Positions 13,061 through 25,177 of a DNA stretch of 64,000 nt are shown in pieces (positions within the stretch are counted from its first letter, which is position 1; each line of letters begins with the position of its first letter). The stretch spans positions 930,001-994,000 of the forward strand of contig JAUFOQ010000003.1 in assembly GCA_040285855.1 (NCBI GenBank), in the 5' to 3' direction. Under the pieces are notes generated by a model. That model was not told the origin of the DNA and did not search any database. It saw nothing but the letters and a program-made list of their open reading frames with translations. Both the position numbers and the translations under genes were made by a program. Origin of the DNA: Eukaryota sp. GEM-RC1 (taxonomy: Eukaryota).

Positions 13061-16000
13061 TTAACCTTCATAAGACCACGAGTCTGAAGTGCTAGATCTG
13101 GAGTATACCCCAGCACCATGTTGGCCATATACAGAATTAAATCCACCTGGTATAGATGAATCTTCCATTGAGACACCAGCACCAATTTCAACTCGAAGAA
13201 CTGGATTCTCTGCAAAATCATTCATCCCAAGACTTTGCAAGCTATTTGGAAACTTTAGTGACTCAATAGAGTTTTTCATAAATGCACCACCAGTAATTAC
13301 CTCAAGAGACGATCCAAAAGTCACAGTGGTAAGACTGTTCTCATGAAACGCAAGCATTCCAATAGTTATCAAACTGTCTGGGATAACTAACTCCTCAATA
13401 GCATTTTGGTCAAATGCCCAGTGTCCAATGGTTGTCAGTCCGTTTCCAAAAGAAACACTTACCAACTCTTTGTTGCTATCAAATGCATGTTGTCCTATGG
13501 TGAGAACTGTGTCCGGAATGACGACAGAAGATAATCTCCTGTGTTGGAAAGCAAGATCGCCAATTGCTTTAATTTCAACACCATTGATGCTAGATGGGAT
13601 TATTAGGTTTTGCTCGTATTCAGAAATAGTGTTATTGACCATAGTTAAACCATGTTGAATTAATGAAAACGACTCAGTCTTAGAACTGTCTAGTTGTACT
13701 GTAAGAGTTCGATCATAGTAATCAGAATGCATCAAAGTGAGTTCATAATCACCAGGAATCAGATCAGCAAGTAGAACGTAACCTTCCTCATTTCCATCAA
13801 CAATCAAATCTTGATTGAGCTGAACACGGGAATTGGAAATTGGTTCAGAAGTGAAATCGTCATAGATAAAATATTCCAACGAATACAAAGTAAGACTAAG
13901 AGAAACATCAATCGACTCGTCATTGTCAGACACTGTGACATTGACAGACTTTGTATCGTAGCCCGCAAGTTCAAAAGTGAGTTCATAAATCCCATTAACA
14001 AGCGGCTCAAGCTCAAAGTAGCCGTCAGCATTAGAGTAGACGTCATCAAAATCATCACCAGAGACAAGAACGTCAGCAAGTTCATCCGAATCAGTAGTGA
14101 TTGTTCCAGATACAACAAAGGTATTTAATGATAGAGAAACATCAATCGACTCGTCATTGTCAGACACTGTGACATTGACAGACTTTGTATCGTAGCCCGC
14201 AAGTTCAAAAGTGAGTTCATAAATCCCATTAACAAGCGGCTCAAGCTCAAAGTAGCCGTCAGCATTAGAGTAGACGTCATCAAAATCATCACCAGAGACA
14301 AGAACGTCAGCAAGTTCATCCGAATCAGTAGTGATTGTTCCAGATACAACAAAGGTATTTAATGATAGAGAAACATCAATCGACCTGTCACTGTCAGACA
14401 TTGTAACATTGACAAACTTTGTGTAGTAGCCCGCAAGTTCAAAAGTGAGTTCATAAATCCCATTAACAAGCGGCTCAAGCTCAAAGTAGCCGTCGGCATT
14501 AGAGTAGACGTCATCAAAATCATCACCAGAGACAAGAACGTCAGCAAGTTCAACCGAATCACAAGTGACTGTTCCAGATACAACAAAAGTATTTAATGAT
14601 AGAGAAACATCAATCGACTCGTCATTGTCAAACACTGTAACATTGACAGACTTTGTATCGTAGCCCGCAAGTTCAAAAGTGAGTTCATAAATCCCATTAA
14701 CAAGCGGCTCAAGCTCAAAGTAGCCGTCAGCATTAGAGTAGACGTCATCAAAACCATCACCAGAGACAAGAACGTCAGCAAGTTCAACTGAATCAGTAGT
14801 AACTGTTCCAGATACAACAAAGGTATTTAAGGACAAAGAAACATCAATCGACTCGTCATTGTCATACACTGTAACATTGACAGACTTTGTATCATAGCCC
14901 GCAAGTTCGAAAGTGAGTTCATAAATCCCATTAACAAGCGGCTCAAGCTCAAAGTAGCCGTCAGCATTAGAGTAGACGTCATCAAAATCATCACTATAGA
15001 CAAGAACGTCAGCAAGTTCAACCGAATCAGTAGTAACTGTTCCAGATACAACAAAGGTATTTAAGGACAGAGAAACAACAATTGATTCGTCTTTGTCAAA
15101 CACTGTAACATTGACAGACTTTGTATCATAGCCCGCAAGTTCGAAAGTGAGTTCATAAATTGCGTTAACAAGTGGCTCAAGCTCAAAGTATCCTTCAGCA
15201 TTAGAGTAGACGTCATCAAAATCATCACCAGAGACAAGAACGTCAGCAAGTTCAACTGAATCGCTAGTGACTGTTCCAGATACAACAAAGGTATTTAATG
15301 ATAGAGAAACAACAATTGATTCGTCTTTGTCAAACACTGTAACATTGACAGACTTTGTATCATAGCCCGCAAGTTCGAAAGTGAGTTCATAAATTGCGTT
15401 AACAAGTGGCTCAAGCTCAAAGTATCCTTCAGCATTAGAGTAGACGTCATCAAAACCATCACCAGAGACAAGAACGTCAGCAAGTTCAAGTCCAACCGAA
15501 TCACTAGTGACTGTTCCAGAAATAAGGAACGTCTTTGAAGTGGATGAACGTAAGAGTAGGAATAGCAGAGCAGCCAAGATTACAAGAATAAGACAAGTGG
15601 CAGCAGCATCTATAGCGGTATCTAGTTTACCCCTAAACTTCTTCTTCAACTGAGCAAAGGAGAAGAACGATATTCCACCTCAGGCTCTGCTTTAATAAAC
15701 AATACAACATCTTCAATAGATTCAGCCTTTGCATTTAGATCCTTGGTGTTTCTATCTAGTTTCTGACCATCCGAAGTAGTACAATGATTTGATTGAAGGA
15801 AAGTATCATTTTGGTCAAACCCATGTTCACAAGTAACAAAGGCTTTAGTGGAAGGATCAATTGTGATAGCTGGTTGGTGGATATCATTGATGAGAAGACA
15901 TTGAACTTTCAATTGAATGGGGTCAGTTGGAAGCTTTTCAGAGACTTTCTGTACATAGAGTGATAGTTGTTCCCTTGGATCTTGAGGAATGACATGGTTC

Positions 16001-16529
16001 AAGAATTGGAGGAGATTTTGATAGCCATTGATTAACATTTTCAATTTGGTTACGTCCAACTTTTCTGATTCAGCAAGTCCAATTTCTTCAGCAATGTCGG
16101 ACAAGTCCTGAGGAGAAACTCCGAATACTACAGAGGAATAAGTCTCAATGAAGAGACGGTAACATTGGTAGACAAATAGAGGATCAGTAACGAGGGCAAG
16201 ATTCTGAGCAACTTCATCGTTGAAACCAATGTTAAGAACTAGTGTGAGATGAAGATCGAAAAAATGACACACCAATGTGATTACAAGGAGAAGCGGTAGT
16301 ACTCTGATTGACGGCAAGGAATAGAAAGTTTGCAGATGAGTTTAACTGATATCCTGTTGTTGTTTCAAGGTTTTGCAAACGCTTTGACAGTTCATGAGTG
16401 GAATAACATTCATCAACAGTTCGTGGAAGGGGAAAAGAAGAGATCTGGAGTAAACGCGAACGTCATGACATTACATACAGGAAGCTCATAGAAGAATTGT
16501 GGAACCAAAAGGGAAAGTGGCTCATCCAT
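13061..16529 (-). CDS. Type II membrane protein, copy 1: PPDK-derived N-terminal domain, TM, 7+1 carboxypeptidase-regulatory-like beta repeats, BspA-type LRR
   Basis: ATG 16529; introns 16445-16478 and 16239-16272; A3 versus A4 frameshift at ~15657 relative to copy 2. VLNIGFNDEVA..YQCYRLFIETYSSVVFG..IPQDPREQL matches the PPDK N-domain; IPDSLITIGMLAF-type LRR_5 repeats. Confidence 0.8.
13885..15530 (-). repeat. Coding tandem repeat, 7 x 234 bp (78 aa)
   Basis: The unit VVSGTVTxDSVELADVLVSGDDFDDVYSNADGYFELEPLVNGIYELTFELAGYDTKSVNVTV recurs with a 234-bp period. Confidence 0.95.
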
Positions 16530-16898
16530 TGTTGATGAAAGTTGCGGTTGTACATTGCTTTCCATCTACATTGTAGATGTTTGTTTCTACGCTTGACATA
16601 ACACATTATGGGTGGGGTAAGATGTTTACTTACTATGCACAACTATGCAAAACAAACAGTCGTACCAACATTCCTTACTGTGACAATCAATCACAAACAA
16701 CTGGAACATACCACTTCTACGAGAACCTTCTATAAGTACTATAACCTGTTCAAACTTCACTTCAATGTTTTTCTTCTTGGTTTCGTTCGGTTTCAACAGA
16801 TGACGTGATCCTTCTCTATAACCACAAGGCGTATGCACAGGCATCGGAAAAACGGAATTGCCAATTAATTAATTGCAATAAGTACAATGAACTGTAAC

Positions 16899-17510
16899 CA
16901 GGCTTCACTAAAGTAGTAAAGTGATAAAGTGACTTTACTTTACTTTACTTTACTTTACTTTAAAATTTCGGAACGGTAAAGTGACAAACATCAATCTTGT
17001 TTATTTTGCTTTCTGAGCACAGTAAATAACTCTTTGACACCAAAAGTACACTATTATACGTGTTTTATTGTAGAAACTCACCAAAAACTGGAATGTAAAA
17101 ATGGAAAGCGGGCAATGGGTGAGCGCTTAAGAATATATCATTTTCACTATGGATCAACTTGGACCACATCTTCATATGGGTTCACTTCTTCAACTCGGAC
17201 CACATCTTCTTCATTCTCTTCTAGATCTTCATCAGACACTTCTTGGTCATCATCGTCAAATACAAAGACCACTTCCTCTGCTGGTTGCCAGTCGAAGAAC
17301 TGATTTGAAGGAGCTGTTCGGAAGGAAGGAATGTCATGGAAATCTATTTTCAATTTTCAGGAGAGAATGTATGGGAGAGGAATTGAGATTGGATCCAACT
17401 TTAATGTCCTTAAAGTAACTTTATTTATCAAAGTAAAGTAAAGCTTAAAGTAAAGTAAAGTACTTTACTTTACTTTAATTTTGAATTTTGGACTACTTTA
17501 GTGAAGCCTG
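16899..17510. mobile_element. hAT-family MITE
   Basis: 19-bp TIR CAGGCTTCACTAAAGTAGT; 8-bp TSD ACTGTAAC (16891-16898, 17511-17518); TACTT/AAGTA subterminal repeats. Confidence 0.93.
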
Positions 17511-18119
17511 ACTGTAACTGGCCAGAAAAATGGGAGGGGAATTAATTTAGTAATTTATTGCAATTATAACAGATGGGTCAAATTTATGAAATTAATAGAA
17601 GTTACACTGCGTACAAGCAGAAAAACTCCACAAATCACTTCCCTTATCCTTAATCTCTTCTTTGCTTCCTTTACTTACCGACAATCTAGGAACTTCAATT
17701 TCTTTAACAGTTTGAAAATTGAGCAACCGAAAAGATTCATGGATCTATCCGTTTTCAGGCGACTTCTGTTGAAGTGGAATGCCTGTTTAGTCGAGTACAT
17801 TGCGTGATTGGACTGGTATGAATCTATCAATGTCGCTCTTTACTATAATTGGCATTTATTTTATTGGGGTTCTAAGTGTGTGCAAATTCAAGGCAAAAAG
17901 TTGTACATTTACTTATCGAGTCCATTTCTTTGGGGTAGCGAATAGACACTGTCTTTCTTACTGTTAAAAAATGCGAGAGAAATCAGGTACCTAAAGGAAC
18001 GATGACAAAGGTCTTGTATAGAATTTACAAGGACAAGCAACATAAAAAATGAAGATGATTAATGTAAATCAAAATTGGACTGTGACGAAAAGAGATGATT
18101 TGCAATATATCTACTCACC

Positions 18120-20097
18120 TTAACCCTGAAAAGACCATGAACCTGAAGTACCAGTTCTGGAGTATACACCGGCGCCGTACTGGTTATAAACAGTGTTAAA
18201 TCCTCCTGGTATGGATGTTGAGACCATATCAACACCGTTACCGATTTCAACTCGTAGTACAGGATTAAGATGAAAAGCATAGAGTCGAAGTACTTGCAGA
18301 CTGTGTGGGAACACAATTGACTCAATAGAGTTGTGAGCAAATGCATAACCGGAAATGGATTGAATTGAGTTTCCAAAAGTCACAGATACCAGAGCATTGT
18401 ACATGAATGCATACATATCAATCAACACCACATTGTTAGGAAGTACTAATTCGACGATTCCATTTGATGTAAATGCGGACAATCCAATACTTGTAATCCC
18501 ACTTCCAAGAGTAACACTGCGCAAATAATGGTTAGAATTAAAAGCGTTTCGTGCAATAGTATGAACAGTGTCTGGAATAACGACAGCAGTTATTGACTGA
18601 TCTGAAATAGCATATTCACCAATTTCATTTACCTCAGCATCATTAATACTGGCTGGAATTATCAGGTTTACATCATAGGATGAAATTGTGTTTCCAGATA
18701 GAGTAAAAGGGTGTTGTCTTAATGAAAACGACTCAGTCTTAGAACTGTCTAGTTGTACTGTAAGAGTTCGATCATAGTAATCAGAATGCATCAAAGTGAG
18801 TTCATAATCACCAGGAATCAGATCAGCAAGTAGAACGTAACCTTCCTCATTTCCATCAACAATCGAATCTTGATTGAGCTGAACACGGGAATTGGGAACT
18901 GATTGAGATGTGAATTCATCATAGATATAAAGTTCTAATGAAACCAGTGTAAGATCAAGAGAAAGAACCAAAGACTCGTCACTGTCAGACACTGTAACAT
19001 TGAGATACTCTGTATCGTAGCCTGCAAGTTCGAAAGTGAGTTCATATATTCCATTATTAAGTGGCTCAAGTTCAAATAGACCTCCAGCATTGGAATAAAG
19101 ATCATTATCAGTATTAAAAACGTCTGAGCAGACGAGAGCACCCAAGATAACCAGAATAAGACACGTGGCAGCAGCAGCTATACCAGTATCTCGTTTACCC
19201 TTAAACTTCTTCTTCAACTGAGCAAAAGGAGAAGAACGATATTCCACCTCAGGCTCTGCTTTAATAAACAACACAACATCTTCAATAGATTCAGCCTTTG
19301 CATTTAAATCCTTGGTGATTCTATCTAGTTTCTGACCATCCGAAGTAGTACAATGATTTGATTGAAGGAGAGTATCATTTTGGTCAAACCCATGTTCACA
19401 AGTAACAAAGGCTTTAGTGGAAGGATCAATTGTGATAGCTGGTTGGTGGATATCATTGATGAGAAGACATTGAACTTTCAATTGAATGGGGTCAGTTGGA
19501 AGCTTTTCAGAGACTTTCTGTACATAGAGTGATAGTTGTTCCCTTGGATCTTGAGGAATGACATGGTTCAAGAATTGGAGGAGATTTTGATAGCCATTGA
19601 TTAACATTTTCAATTTGGTTACGTCCAACTTTTCTGATCCAGCAAGTCCAATTTCTTCAGCAATGTCGGACAAGTCCTGAGGAGAAACTCCGAATACTAC
19701 AGAGGAATATGTCTCAATGAAGAGACGGTAACATTGGTAGACAAATAGAGGATCGGTAACTTGGGCAAACTTCTGAGCAACTTCATCGTTGAAACCAATG
19801 TTCAATACTAATGTGAGATGAAGATCGAAAAATGACATACCAAGGTGATTACAAGGAGAAGCGTTGGTACTCAGGTTGACGGCAAGGGATAGAAAGTTTG
19901 CAGATAGGCATAACAGCTGTTCTGTTGTTTCTTCAAGGATTTGTACAAACTGGGTCAGTTCATGATTGGGACAACGATCCACCAGAGTACTTGAAAGGGG
20001 AAAAGAAGAGATCTGGAGTAAATGTGAACGTCATGACATCACATACTGGAAGCTCACAGAAGAATTGTGGGATCAAAAGGGAAAGTGGTTCATCCAT
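18120..20097 (-). CDS. PPDK-like/TM/repeat/LRR family, copy 2 (short stalk, TM partly deleted)
   Basis: ATG 20097; introns 20013-20046 and 19808-19840; near-identical to copy 1 over the PPDK-like part; different LRR tail. Confidence 0.8.
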
Positions 20098-20140
20098 TGT
20101 AAGAGACGGTCTTAATTTGTTTCTGTTCCTTTTAACAAAC

Positions 20141-20320
20141 TAGAGTTGGACATTCCTGTCTAGGTTCCATTTCCATTTCCACTTCCACATTTCTTCATTT
20201 CCACTTCCACTTCCATATTATATTTCCATTCCATTTCCATTTCCATATTCTCAAGAAATTCCGTCTATTTCTACTTTCAGATGGAAATGGAAGTGTAAAA
20301 TGTGGAATTTCATTTCACAT
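20141..20320. repeat. TTCCA(T/C) repeat cluster, possibly a solo transposon end
   Basis: Starts TAGAGTTGG, followed by multiple TTCCAT/TTCCAC units and an inverted ATGGAA pair; no partner end found. Confidence 0.45.
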
Positions 20321-20650
20321 TGCCAAGTCTATCATATACGTGACTTACCCTTCTAATAGTTGTACAAGTGAGAAGATCTTTCTGCTTGCAGTCAGTGCAA
20401 TTTGGGAATCGAACAAAAAATTTGCGAAAGCAGGAACAGATCTGAATCACCATAAAAATACATTTGTTCCAAGAATGTATGTCTTTAAAGCATATATACA
20501 ATTTATAGACGATGGTACAATATTGCCAAGTACATTGAACCAAATCTTACATGGTTATATTCTTACTAAAAGAAATGGGTTAGGAGAATCTTAAGATTCT
20601 ATGATAGATTGTAAGAATCCACATCTGTATTTGATTTCAGTGCTTTTCGA

Positions 20651-23600
20651 TTGAAACCGCCAAGTATCTTTCCGATATGTTTGCAACAATTGATTGACTA
20701 TTTTGGGAAACACTGTTGTATATTTTCACCAACCTTACTATTATCTTTACAGTCCCTTCCAAGAGTAAAAGAAGCATTAGATAGGGAAGTCATAAATAGC
20801 AAACACAATTCTTACGTTTGTTCAGTTAAAAGTCATATTTTCAGTGTTTATGTAATTATTGGAAAACAAACCAGTAATATATTTCAACTTCATCTAACTG
20901 CTCCTAGATATGATGTGTTCCCATTGGTACTTTCCCCTTCTGGAAATAATTTGAGAATATTTGGACCGTATTTTGGTCACATGTTTGATTGTTTTGCTAA
21001 TACTACCATTCAAATGTCGGGGTCTGCTGGTTTTGTTCAAGATTCAACTACTAATGACATTTTAATTTCCACTGGAGAATTAGTTGGACTTAAACACTTT
21101 ATTACCTACATTGAATTCACTTCTCAAATTATTCTTTATATCTCAATACCTATTACATCTCTACAAGCTTATAATACTTCTCTTGTTTGTTTTGTTAACC
21201 ATCCTTGTGAGATTGAAGTTTACAGCATCTATAATGAAGTTGCATTAACAGACTTCCAAGTATCTTCCTCTATTCCAAATTCTTTACAAATTTTAAATTT
21301 TGAAACATCTCCCTCCAGTGCTTACATTATGTTCATTTCTACATTGTCTGGAGTTGTTGATGACTTAGAATTATGTACTGAAGCAGGATGTTACCCTATC
21401 TCTAACTTACCTTTTATTGTTTTACCTATTTCAATTTCTCCACAATTTATTCAATGGTTCGGATCTAGTTTTGGTCATGAAATTTCTTTGGAAGCTGAGG
21501 GGATTCATTTCTATCAGCATTCAGCTATTGAAACTAGTATTATGTTTGGTGGATTGGTATCTTAACTATATAGTGTCGATGACAATATTGTTTATTTTAC
21601 CGTTCAAGTGACTTCAAGTGGTATTTTTCTGCTCTGGGACGGTCATATGATTCTACTTTTGATCTCAATTTACCTTTTGAAGTGGATCATTATCTTTTGT
21701 TCCACCTTCAATTCAAGTGAATTCTCGAACGGAAGTTCTTTTACTGAAGGAAATTTCCAACGTCTTTATTTCTCATGGTAGTCAAAAATGTTTTTGAAGA
21801 AGGCATCAAACGTCGTTCGATTATTTGGTTTTGGCCCTGTTATCACGTTACATCAATCATCGCAATCAATTAACATCAGCCTGGTTGCTGATCGGGTTGG
21901 TAGTCAGTTTCCATTTTTCTATGAAGTTGCTGTTCATCATTCTTTTGTGGTAAATTTTAACCACTACAACTACTCTATTAGTGCCGACTGTATTTTTAAA
22001 TTGTGAAATTTTGGATCAAAACTCTTTTCATGGATATCTCAGTTTATCTTATTTCAGTTTAAATCAAGGCGATTCTGTGTTTAAATTTCATGTACAATAT
22101 TTAGAGACTTCCTTTTCATTTGACTTACTTCGTGAAGTTGTTCTTCCACCTATCATTTCAATTGCTTCTTCTCTGTTTGTTTCAACCATTGATGATGTGA
22201 TTGTCCAAATTTCTGGTCTTTCACAAGGCCCCTTACTTTTCGAATTTCATATCAATAATTCAATATTTCATCCCGATCAAATTTTGCCATTGTTCAGTGA
22301 ATTTGCATCTTTTCCCTACTCTTACAATTACACCTTCAACATTTCGACTCTCAATTTTGATCAAGGAGAACGTCAATTACAGTGGACATGGCAAAACACG
22401 GGATTCAACATTCAAATTATGGGCAATACTACTGTATTTAATACAGCTTTTTTTAGCTCAAATCACGTCAGTGTTTATGAACCTCGTGACATCCGTGTTG
22501 AATTCAGTGGACTTCTTCACTCTCAGTTTAAGTGTGTTGTAGGTGGTATTTGATTTACATCAACAAATTCAAATTCTACACTGATTTGTAGAGATTTAAT
22601 TATTTTGACTTTTCAAGATATTATCCCTATACACGTTAACTATGAAGACTGGCTGGTTAATTCATTTTCAGTCCATGGTGAAGCCTTGTTGGAGGAATTA
22701 TGTTTCCTACTCGGTTCGCATCATCCACGAATTAAAAATTCTCATTTTATTTCAAATGTTTCTAGTGGCGTGGTTTTTGATGGATCTCGGTGCTGCAATG
22801 TTCATGTGTCTTTTTGTTCTGAATTTTTCCAATCTGACCAAACTATTTCAGTCAATTTTAATTCATCGTTCGACATTTTCAAAGTCGTAATGACTACAAA
22901 TTCCAGTTGACAGAGTTTTGCGTCCAATTTTCCATTTATGATCTTTGTCAACAATGAAATACTTTTTCCATCTGTCTCATGCAAACAAATTCCTAGCGGC
23001 TTTGCTTTTGCTTTGATGTGTGGAATAGATAACATTATTCCACATGTTAACGAAATTATTTGAATTCCTCTAAATGACATGTTTCTTTTAGAGCTGGAGT
23101 TGTACGGATATCAGTTATATACGTGTCTAACCCCTGTTGATGTCAACAAAGGAATTACATCATTGGAAGAAGAAACAGAAGAAACAACCAATTTAACAAT
23201 GGGAGATGAAATATCTACAAGTATTCAACAATTTCAAAATTACATCGCAACGGCGTCTCATCTCATTTCCGAGTCTCATCTCTCTTATTCTTTGTTCCTA
23301 GTTTCACCTAATTGTTTCCATGCTCAAGCTCCAGTTACTATTACTTTAACTCCTAGTACAGCTGTTGAATTGATTTTTGTTGAAAACTATTTAAAAATTG
23401 ATGCTAATTCATTGAACTTAGTGATCCCAGTACTTTGTATTGATTGTATTGGTTTTAGTGTGGACTCTTTAGGCAATTTGACAGTACACAATTCAACTGT
23501 CATTTGGACGTCCTTCGAACTATTTTCGAATGATTTGATCTTCTTTTCTATTTCCACATTCACATTTGGGCATTATTTCCTTGAACTTGAGTTCTTAGGT

Positions 23601-25177
23601 CAAACAGTTCAAACTAGTATCACAATTGCTCAAAAATTTGCTTATGTTTTAAATATTTCTACTTTTGAAGTTTTTGATTGCTCTAATCAAATGTTGTTTG
23701 ACAAAGCATGTACTTTGATTAAGCCATCCGTTTTCTTAAATATTCATCATGACTTTTTCACTTCTTCACGTCATGTGTCTCTCTCTAATGTAGTGACTAG
23801 CTCAAGCAACGATCAAGCCATCATCGTTGTTGTCGATGATATGCTCGAAGTCATCTCATATCCACTTCAATCAATGACGATAACACTGTCGTATTTCGCT
23901 CAATTTGAAACTGTTAATCTTTTGACAAATGATTGCCGTTTTCCGAAATTAAATTCTCGTGACAGATGTTTATGTTCCAAAGGCATGGAATTTAATTTTC
24001 TTGGTGAATGTGTTGAGTGTTCTTTAAATTATTATTCAAATTTAGAATTTAATTCAGAGTGTAGATCTTGTCCTTTTCCTAGAATCACTCTTCAAAAAGG
24101 TTCCAGTGATCTTGATCATTGTGTTTGTCCTTTAAACACTCTAGATTCGGTAGGTTCTTGTTTGCCTTGTCTTCATTTACCTGAATGTGGATTTGGGAAT
24201 TTAACTGGAATTGAACCTGGTTTCAGATTAAATACTGATACTTGGGAACTAGATGATTGTGTTTTTTGGTTCAATTGTCATGAGAATTCTTGCAGATCAC
24301 GTCATGCTTACGGTGGGTGATTTGTGTCAATATTGTACCAACAATGCTGTTTTTACCAGAATTTACTGTATTGAACCAGAATATTCTTGGTTCAAACTGT
24401 TTTTACTAATAGTGTTTATTTCCATTTTATTTGTTGCTGATAGATTAGCCATCAGTCTTTACCAGGCTGAAACTAGATTACAGCGTTTGAGATTGGCATT
24501 GTCCTCACTTACTTCATCAGAAGAAGATTATTGAAACGATATCCGAATTTCTCTAATATTTTAAATGTAATCTTGTTTATTTTACCCCCTATTTTCTTCC
24601 ACAGAGTGTCGATTTGGGTGATTGCAATTGAACTTATCTCTTCTATGTTCCATTTTGATTCATCATTGATTTTCTTTGTTTTTTTCTAGTATCACTTAGT
24701 GGAGTCTCTAGAGCTGTACGATCACGCATTTTTAGAATTTATAATTTCAATTAAAATCATAGTGTTTTTCTATTTGCAGCGGCACTCTGCTCTATCAACT
24801 TTTGTTTTGGGACATTGCTGGCTCATTTTTCTATTGAAAGACAATCCTTTTGGCAGTTTGTTTTGATGTGCTTTCACGTGTGTCTTTTAACATATGTGTT
24901 TGTTGTACAACTTTCTTCTCCGTATTTTTTGACACTGTTATGTTATTTCGTTGTCATTGTTGCTTTTTTTTGTTGAGTGCTTGTACCATTTCTTAATTCA
25001 AACTCTTATGTTAGTTGTTCTCATGTGTTTTTCCACTACCTCTTTAGAGGTAATTCTTTTGGCAGTTTCTATATTGTTCAGTATGTCGTATACCCTGAGT
25101 TTGTTCAAATTTCCTTGACGTATTTGATTTTTCTTGAAATTCATTATGTGGCATTCCACTCAAAATTGCGGCTTTGA
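20651..25177 (+). pseudogene. Fragmented large surface protein: beta-rich ectodomain, Cys-rich GCC2/GCC3 (ephrin-receptor-like) repeats, multi-TM tail
   Basis: Successive same-strand ORFs; CLCSKG..CVECSLNYYS..CRSCPFPRITLQKGSSDLDHCVC; hydrophobic fragments 24380-25177; several stops and frameshifts. Confidence 0.6.

Noticed and set aside
13804..15504. Series of 69-104 aa ORFs (MLYLEQ...)
   Set aside because: Alternate-frame shadows of the 234-bp coding repeat.
15646..16317. Functional pyruvate phosphate dikinase gene
   Set aside because: Only a degenerate part of the N-domain; no phospho-His or PEP-binding domain, and it is fused to a TM/LRR protein.
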